The position numbers and the translations under genes were made by a program. The notes under the pieces are model-generated. The model ran no database searches, was not told where the DNA came from, and saw only the letters and a program-made list of their open reading frames with translations. Below are positions 55,101 through 64,000 of a DNA stretch of 64,000 nucleotides, one piece after another (position 1 is the first letter of the stretch; each line of letters starts with the position of its first letter). Source of the DNA: Auanema rhodensis (Eukaryota > Animalia > Nematoda); contig OZ059898.1 of assembly GCA_964057225.1 (NCBI GenBank), positions 2,728,001-2,792,000 of the forward strand, given 5' to 3'.

Positions 55101-56864
55101 AAGCTGCGTCGATCTGTGTTATCAGATTTGCGCTAGCTTAAAAATGCACCGAGATATCAACTGATATAAGTTCACACTTATATCCTCGATTTTCACCCTG
55201 AAGAATTAACTTTTTCGTTGAATAACATTGTCTATCGTTTTTGCCTTGAAAAATGGAATCTAAAAACATCTACTTTTTGCTAAATTATTTTGAAATTTTT
55301 CGAAAAAATTTTTGTCAAAATGTTTTTGGAAGCAATGTTGAGTGTACATGGAAACTCAACAAACACTAATGCATCATTTTTCAAACGATCATAACTAATT
55401 TTTGTATTAAGCTTTTCTCAATGTAGTATAGTGCATTCGATGCGGATTTTTAAGCTGCGTCGATCTGTGTTATCAGATTTGCGCTAGCTTAAAAATGCAC
55501 CGAGATATCAACTGATATAAGTTCACACTTATATCCTCGATTTTCACCCTGAAGAATTAACTTTTTCGTTGAATAACATTGTCCATCGTCTTTGCCTTAA
55601 AAAATGGAATCTAAAAACATCTACTTTTTGGTAAATTATTTTGAAATTTTTCGAAAAAATTTTTGTCAAAATGTTTTTGGAAGCAATGTTGAGTGTACAT
55701 GGAAACTCAACATACACTAATGCATCATTTTTCTAACGATCATAACTAATTTTTGTATTAAGCTTTTCTCAATGTAGTATAGTGCATTCGATGCGGATTT
55801 TTAAGCTGCGTCGATCTGTGTTATCAGATTTGCGCTAGCTTAAAAATGCACCGAGATATCAACTGATATAAGTTCACACTTATATCCTTGATTTTCACCC
55901 TGAAGAATTAATTTTTTCGTTGAATAACATTGTCCATCGTCTTTGCCTTGAAAAATGGAATCTTAAAACATCTACTTTTTGCTAAATTATTTTGAAATTT
56001 TTCGAAAAAATTTTTGTCAAAATGTTTTTGGAAGCAATGTTGAGTGTACATGGAAACTCAACATACACTAATGCATCATTTTTCTAACGATCATAACTAA
56101 TTTTTGTATTAAGCTTTTCTCAATGTAGTATAGTGCATTCGATGCGGATTTTTAAGCTGCGTCGATCTGTGTTATCAGATTTGCGCTAGCTTAAAAATGC
56201 ACCGAGATATCAACTGATATAAGTTCACACTTATATCCTCGATTTTCACCCTGAAGAATTAATTTTTTCGTTGAATAACATTGTCCATCGTCTTCGCCTT
56301 GAAAAAAGGAATCTAAAAACATCTACTTTTTGCTAAATTATTTTGAAATTTTCCGAAAAAATTTTTGTCAAAATGTTTTTGGAAGCAATGTTGAGTGTAC
56401 ATGGAAACTCAACATACACTAATGCATCATTTTTCAAACGATCATAACTAATTTTTGTATTAAGCTTTTCTCAATGTAGTATAGTGCATTCGATGCGGAT
56501 TTTTAAGCTGCGTCGATCTGTGTTATCAGATTTGCGCTAGCTTAAAAATGCACCGAGATATCAACTGATATAAGTTCACACTTATATCCTCGATTTTCAC
56601 CCTGAAGAAATAATTTTTTCGTTGAATAACATTGTCCATCGTCTTTGCCTTGAAAAAAGGAATCTAAAAACATCTACTTTTTGCTAAATTATTTTGAAAT
56701 TTTTCGAAAAAATTTTTGTCAAAATGTTTTTGGAAGCAATGTTGAGTGTACATGGAAACTCAACATACACTAATGCATCATTTTTCAAACGATCATAACT
56801 AATTTTTGTATTAAGCTTTTCTCAATGTAGTATAGTGCATTCGATGCGGATTTTTAAGCTGCGT
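49142..56864 (+). repeat. More diverged satellite sub-domain (AAAAAGG, AAATCG, TTCGCC, GATACA, ACTTAT variants)
   Basis: Many substitutions that are absent from 1-49 kb. Confidence 0.75.
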
Positions 56865-59800
56865 CGATCTGTGTTATCAGATTTGCGCTAGCTTAAAAAT
56901 GCACCGAGATATCAACTGATATAAGTTCACACTTATATCCTCGATTTTCACCCTGAAGAATTAACTTTTTCGTTGAATAACATTGTCCATCGTCTTTGCC
57001 TTAAAAAATGGAATCTAAAAACATCTACTTTTTGGTAAATTATTCTGAAATTTTTCGAAAAAATTTTTGTCAAAATGTTTTTGGAAGCAATGTTGAGTGT
57101 ACATGGAAACTCAACATACACTAATGCATCATTTTTCTAACGATCATAACTAATTTTTGTATTAAGCTTTTCTCAATGTAGTATAGTGCATTCGATGCGG
57201 ATTTTTAAGCTGCGTCGATCTGTGTTATCAGATTTGCGCTAGCTTAAAAATGCACCGAGATATCAACTGATATAAGTTCACACTTATATCCTTGATTTTC
57301 ACCCTGAAGAATTAATTTTTTCGTTGAATAACATTGTCCATCGTCTTTGCCTTGAAAAATGGAATCTTAAAACATCTAATTTTTGCTAAATTATTTTGAA
57401 ATTTTTCGAAAAAATTTTTGTCAAAATGTTTTTGGAAGCAATGTTGAGTGTACATGGAAACTCAACATACACTAATGCATCATTTTTCAAACGATCATAA
57501 CTAATTTTTGTATCAAGTGTTTCTCAATGTAATATAGTGCATTCGATGCGGATTTTTGAGCTGCGTCGATCTGTGTTATCAGATTTGCGCTAGCTTAAAA
57601 ATGCACCGAGATATCAACTGATATAAGTTCACACTTATATCCTCGATTTTCACCCTGAAGAATTAATTTTTTCGTTGAATAACATTGTCCATCGTCTTTG
57701 CCTTGAAAAATGGAATCTAAAAACATCTACTTTTTGCTAAATTATTTTGAAATTTTTCGAAAAAATTTTTGTCAAAATGTTTTTGGAAGCAATGTTGAGT
57801 GTACATGGAAACTCAACATACACTAATGCATCATTTTTCAAACGATCATAACTAATTTTTGTATCAAGCGTTTTTCAATGTAGTATAGTGCATTCGATGC
57901 GGATTTTTAAGCTGCGTCGATCTGTGTTATCAGATTTGCGCTAGCTTAAAAATGCACCGAGATATCAACTGATATAAGTTCACACTTATATCCTCGATTT
58001 TCACCCTGAAGAAATAATTTTTTCGTTGAATATTATTGTCCATCGTCTTTGCCTTGAAAAATGGAATCTTGAAACATCTACTTTTTGCTAAATTATTTTG
58101 AAATTTTTCGAAAAAATTTTTGTCAAAATGTTTTTGGAAGCAATGTTGAGTGTACATGGAAACTCAACATACACTAATGCATCATTTTTCAAACGATCAT
58201 AACTAATTTTTGTATCAAGTGTTTCTCAATGTAATATAGTGCATTCGATGCGGATTTTTAAGCTGCGTCGATCTGTGTTATCAGATTTGCGCTAGCTTAA
58301 AAATGCACCGAGATATCAACTGATATAAGTTCACACTTATATCCTCGATTTTCACCCTGAAGAATTAATTTTTTCGTTGAATAACATTGTCCATCGTCTT
58401 TGCCTTGAAAAATGGAATCTTAAAACATCTAATTTTTGCTAAATTATTCTGAAATTTTTCGAAAAAATTTTTGTCAAAATGTTTTTGGAAGCAATGTTGA
58501 GTGTACATGGAAACTCAACATACACTAATGCATCATTTTTCAAACGATCATAACTAATTTTTGTATCAAGTGTTTCTCAATGTAATATAGTGCATTCGAT
58601 GCGGATTTTTAAGCTGCGTCGATCTGTGTTATCAGATTTGCGCTAGCTTAAAAATGTACCGAGATATCAACTGATATAAGTTCACACTTATATCCTCGAT
58701 TTTCACCCTGAAGAATTAATTTTTTCGTTGAATAACATTGTCCATCGTCTTTGCCTTGAAAAATGGAATCTAAAAACATCTACTTTTTGCTAAATTATTT
58801 TGAAATTTTTCGAAAAAATTTTTGTCAAAATGTTTTTGGAAGCAATGTTGAGTGTACATGGAAACTCAACATACACTAATGCATCATTTTTCAAACGATC
58901 ATAACTAATTTTTGTATTAAGCTTTTCTCAATGTAGTATAGTGCATTCGATGCGGATTTTTAAGCTGCGTCGATCTGTGTTATCAGATTTGCGCTAGCTT
59001 AAAAATGCACCGAGATATCAACTGATATAAGTTCACACTTATATCCTCGATTTTCACCCTGAAGAATTAACTTTTTCGTTGAATAACATTGTCCATCGTC
59101 TTTGCCTTAAAAAATGGAATCTAAAAACATCTACTTTTTGGTAAATTATTCTGAAATTTTTCGAAAAAATTTTTGTCAAAATGTTTTTGGAAGCAATGTT
59201 GAGTGTACATGGAAACTCAACATACACTAATGCATCATTTTTCTAACGATCATAACTAATTTTTGTATTAAGCTTTTCTCAATGTAGTATAGTGCATTCG
59301 ATGCGGATTTTTAAGCTGCGTCGATCTGTGTTATCAGATTTGCGCTAGCTTAAAAATGCACCGAGATATCAACTGATATAAGTTCACACTTATATCCTTG
59401 ATTTTCACCCTGAAGAATTAATTTTTTCGTTGAATAACATTGTCCATCGTCTTTGCCTTGAAAAATGGAATCTTAAAACATCTAATTTTTGCTAAATTAT
59501 TTTGAAATTTTTCGAAAAAATTTTTGTCAAAATGTTTTTGGAAGCAATGTTGAGTGTACATGGAAACTCAACATACACTAATGCATCATTTTTCAAACGA
59601 TCATAACTAATTTTTGTATCAAGTGTTTCTCAATGTAATATAGTGCATTCGATGCGGATTTTTAAGCTGCGTCGATCTGTGTTATCAGATTTGCGCTAGC
59701 TTAAAAATGCACCGAGATATCAACTGATATAAGTTCACACTTATATCCTCGATTTTCACCCTGAAGAATTAATTTTTTCGTTGAATAACATTGTCCATCG

Positions 59801-60725
59801 TCTTTGCCTTGAAAAATGGAATCTAAAAACATCTACTTTTTGCTAAATTATTTTGAAATTTTTTGAAAAAATTTTTGTCAAAATGTTTTTGGAAGCAATG
59901 TTGAGTGTACATGGAAACTCAACATACACTAATGCATCATTTTTCAAACGATCATAACTAATTTTTGTATCAAGCGTTTTTCAATGTAGTATAGTGCATT
60001 CGATGCGGATTTTTAAGCTGCGTCGATCTGTGTTATCAGATTTGCGCTAGCTTAAAAATGCACCGAGATATCAACTGATATAAGTTCACACTTATATCCT
60101 CGATTTTCACCCTGAAGAAATAATTTTTTCGTTGAATATTATTGTCCATCGTCTTTGCCTTGAAAAATGGAATCTTGAAACATCTACTTTTTGCTAAATT
60201 ATTTTGAAATTTTTCGAAAAAATTTTTGTCAAAATGTTTTTGGAAGCAATGTTGAGTGTACATGGAAACTCAACATACACTAATGCATCATTTTTCAAAC
60301 GATCATAACTAATTTTTGTATCAAGTGTTTCTCAATGTAATATAGTGCATTCGATGCGGATTTTTAAGCTGCGTCGATCTGTGTTATCAGATTTGCGCTA
60401 GCTTAAAAATGCACCGAGATATCAACTGATATAAGTTCACACTTATATCCTCGATTTTCACCCTGAAGAATTAATTTTTTCGTTGAATAACATTGTCCAT
60501 CGTCTTTGCCTTGAAAAATGGAATCTTAAAACATCTAATTTTTGCTAAATTATTCTGAAATTTTTCGAAAAAATTTTTGTCAAAATGTTTTTGGAAGCAA
60601 TGTTGAGTGTACATGGAAACTCAACATACACTAATGCATCATTTTTCAAACGATCATAACTAATTTTTGTATCAAGTGTTTCTCAATGTAATATAGTGCA
60701 TTCGATGCGGATTTTTAAGCTGCGT
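56865..60725 (+). repeat. 6-monomer (2106-bp) higher-order duplication
   Basis: Monomers 163-167 match 169-173 in type and rare SNPs. ORF hits 57930 and 60036 are 2106 bp apart. Confidence 0.85.
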
Positions 60726-63700
60726 CGATCTGTGTTATCAGATTTGCGCTAGCTTAAAAATGCACCGAGATATCAACTGATATAAGTTCACACTTATATC
60801 CTCGATTTTCACCCTGAAGAATTAATTTTTTCGTTGAATAACATTGTCCATCGTCTTTGCCTTGAAAAATGGAATCTTAAAACATCTAATTTTTGCTAAA
60901 TTATTTTGAAATTTTTCGAAAAAATTTTTGTCAAAATGTTTTTGGAAGCAATGTTGAGTGTACATGGAAACTCAACATACACTAATGCATCATTTTTCAA
61001 ACGATCATAACTAATTTTTGTATCAAGTGTTTCTCAATGTAATATAGTGCATTCGATGCGGATTTTTAAGCTGCGTCGATCTGTGTTATCAGATTTGCGC
61101 TAGCTTAAAAATGCACCGAGATATCAACTGATATAAGTTCACACTTATATCCTCGATTTTCACCCTGAAGAATTAATTTTTTCGTTGAATAACATTGTCC
61201 ATCGTCTTTGCCTTGAAAAATGGAATCTTAAAACATCTAATTTTTGCTAAATTATTTTGAAATTTTTCGAAAAAATTTTTGTCAAAATGTTTTTGGAAGC
61301 AATGTTGAGTGTACATGGAAACTCAACATACACTAATGCATCATTTTTCAAACGATCATAACTAATTTTTGTATCAAGTGTTTCTCAATGTAATATAGTG
61401 CATTCGATGCGGATTTTTAAGCTGCGTCGATCTGTGTTATCAGATTTGCGCTAGCTTAAAAATGCACCGAGATATCAACTGATATAAGTTCACACTTATA
61501 TCCTCGATTTTCACCCTGAAGAATTAATTTTTTCGTTGAATAACATTGTCCATCGTCTTTGCCTTGAAAAATGGAATCTAAAAACATCTACTTTTTGCTA
61601 AATTATTTTGAAATTTTTCGAAACAATTTTTGTCAAAATGTTTTTGGAAGCAATGTTGAGTGTACATGGAAACTCAACATACACTAATGCATCATTTTTC
61701 AAACGGTCATAACTAATTTTTATATCAAGCGTTTCTTAATGTAGTATAGTGCATTCGATCCGGATTTTTAAGCTGCGTCGATCTGTGTTATCAGATTTGC
61801 GCTAGCTTAAAAATGCACCGAGATATCAACTGATATAAGTTCACACTTATATCCTCGATTTTCACCCTGAAGAAATAATTTTTTCGTTGAATAACATTGT
61901 CCATCGTCTTTGCCTTGAAAAAAGGAATCTAAAAACATCTACTTTTTGCTAAATTATTTTGAAATTTTTCGAAAAAATTTTTGTCAAAATGTTTTTGGAA
62001 GCAATGTTGAGTGTACATGGAAACTCAACATACACTAATGCATCATTTTTCTAACGATCATAACTAATTTTTGTATTAAGCTTTTCTCAATGTAGTATAG
62101 TGCATTCGATGCGGATTTTTAAGCTGCGTCGATCTGTGTTATCAGATTTGCGCTAGCTTAAAAATGCACCGAGATATCAACTGATATAAGTTCACACTTA
62201 TATCCTCGATTTTCACCCTGAAGAATTAATTTTTTCGTTGAATAACATTGTCCATCGTCTTTGCCTTGAAAAATGGAATCTAAAAACATCTACTTTTTGC
62301 TAAATTATTTTGAAATTTTTCGAAACAATTTTTGTCAAAATGTTTTTGGAAGCAATGTTGAGTGTACATGGAAACTCAACATACACTAATGCATCATTTT
62401 TCAAACGGTCATAACTAATTTTTGTATCAAGCGTTTCTTAATGTAGTATAGTGCATTCGATCCGGATTTTTAAGCTGCGTCGATCTGTGTTATCAGATTT
62501 GCGCTAGCTTAAAAATGCACCGAGATATCAACTGATATAAGTTCACACTTATATCCTCGATTTTCACCCTGAAGAATTAATTTTTTTGTTGAATAACATT
62601 GTCCATCGTCTTTGCCTTGAAAAATGGAATCTAAAAACATCTACTTTTTGCTAAATAATTTTGAAATTTTTCGAAAAAATTTTTGTCAAAATGTTTTTGG
62701 AAGCAATGTTGAGTGTACATGGAAACTCAACATACACTAATGCATCATTTTTCAAACGATCATAACTAATTTTTGTATTAAGCTTTTCTCAATGTAGTAT
62801 AGTGCATTCGATGCGGATTTTTAAGCTGCGTCGATCTGTGTTATCAGATTTGCGCTAGCTTAAAAATGCACCGAGATATCAACTGATATAAGTTCACACT
62901 TATATCCTCGATTTTCACCCTGAAGAATTAACTTTTTCGTTGAATAACATTGTCTATCGTCTTTGCCTTGAAAAATGGAATCTAAAAACATCTACTTTTT
63001 GCTAAATTATTCTGAAATTTTTCGAAAAAATTTTTGTCAAAATGTTTTTGGAAGCAATGTTGAGTGTACATGGAAACTCAATATACACTAATGCATAATT
63101 TTTGAAACAATCATAACTAATTTTTGTATCAAGCTTTTCTCAATGTAGTATAGTGCATTCGATGCGGATTTTTAAGCTGCGTCGATCTGTGTTATCAGAT
63201 TTGCGCTAGCTTAAAAATGCACCGAGATATCAACTGATATAAGTTCACACTTATATCCTCGATTTTCACCCTGAAGAATTAATTTTTTCGTTGAATAACA
63301 TTGTCTATCGTCTTTGCCTTGAAAAATGGAATCTAAAAACATCTACTTTTTGGTAAATTATTTTGAAATTTTTCGAAAAAATTTTTGTCAAAATGTTTTT
63401 GGAAGCAATGTTGAGTGTACATGGAAACTCAACATACACTAATGCATCATTTTTCAAACGATCATAACTAATTTTTGTATCAAGTGTTTCTCAATGTAAT
63501 ATAGTGCATTCGATGCGGATTTTTAAGCTGCGTCGATCTGTGTTATCAGATTTGCGCTAGCTTAAAAATGCACCGAGATATCAACTGATATAAGTTCACA
63601 CTTATATCCTCGATTTTCACCCTGAAGAATTAATTTTTTCGTTGAATAACATTGTCCATCGTCTTTGCCTTGAAAAATGGAATCTAAAAACATCTACTTT

Positions 63701-64000
63701 TTGCTAAATTATTTTGAAATTTTTCGAAAAAATTTTTGTCAAAATGTTTTTGGAAGCAATGTTGAGTGTACATGGAAACTCAACATACACTAATGCATCA
63801 TTTTTCAAACGATCATAACTAATTTTTGTATCAAGTGTTTCTCAATGTAATATAGTGCATTCGATGCGGATTTTTAAGCTGCGTCGATCTGTGTTATCAG
63901 ATTTGCGCTAGCTTAAAAATGCACCGAGATATCAACTGATATAAGTTCACACTTATATCCTCGATTTTCACCCTGAAGAATTAATTTTTTCGTTGAATAA

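Larger units (their letters stand above)
1..64000. repeat. Tandem satellite DNA array, 351-bp monomer, ~182.3 head-to-tail copies (array extends beyond both window ends)
   Basis: CGATCTGTGTTATCAGATTT recurs at 1, 352, 703 ... 21061 ... 63885 with a 351-bp period. Phase shifts only at four 1-bp indels (net +2). All same-frame ORF-track hits are spaced by multiples of 351 (+/-1). Confidence 0.99.

Noticed and set aside
10895-60263. Repeated 73-75 aa ORFs (MYTQHCFQ...) as protein-coding genes
   Set aside because: They lie entirely inside the satellite monomer, most copies have in-frame stops, and I recognise no domain. Not called as CDS.
1-64000. CRISPR array or other repeat-spacer system
   Set aside because: Palindromic units are present, but the intervening sequence is near-identical in every unit. 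There are no unique spacers and no cas genes.
1-64000. Tandem 5S rRNA, tRNA, snRNA, spliced-leader or histone gene cluster
   Set aside because: I could not recognise any 5S, tRNA cloverleaf, Pol III A/B box, Sm-site or SL motif on either strand. An Infernal/Rfam scan would be the formal test.
1-64000. Transposon insertion, inversion or array boundary
   Set aside because: The 351-bp phase is maintained end to end with net +2 bp, leaving no room for foreign sequence or orientation switches.

Overview
The whole window is one uninterrupted, head-to-tail tandem satellite array with a 351-bp monomer: 182 complete copies plus 116 bp of a 183rd, all in the same orientation. Monomer 1 is about 31% G+C by hand count, and copies differ by only a few substitutions. 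I found no genes, RNA genes, transposon insertions, CRISPR spacers or unique sequence. The ORF track only reflects monomer variants that happen to lack stop codons. The pattern fits eukaryotic (peri)centromeric or heterochromatic satellite DNA, probably invertebrate given no CpG depletion, but I cannot name the family or species. The structure of interest lies inside the repeat. (i) Each monomer carries several dyad symmetries, including a ~22-bp-stem hairpin across the monomer junction, and three of them sit in the least variable parts of the monomer. (ii) The monomer may itself be an old inverted duplication. (iii) Diagnostic SNPs define monomer types arranged in local higher-order repeats (2-, 3-, 4-, 6-, ~7-mers), multi-kb duplications (offsets of 11, 17, 19 and 34 monomers) and a nested, layered arrangement around a central 21-44 kb domain. 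All monomer typing was done by eye and needs computational confirmation. Monomer positions ('pos') are numbered from the CGATCTGTG at window base 1.
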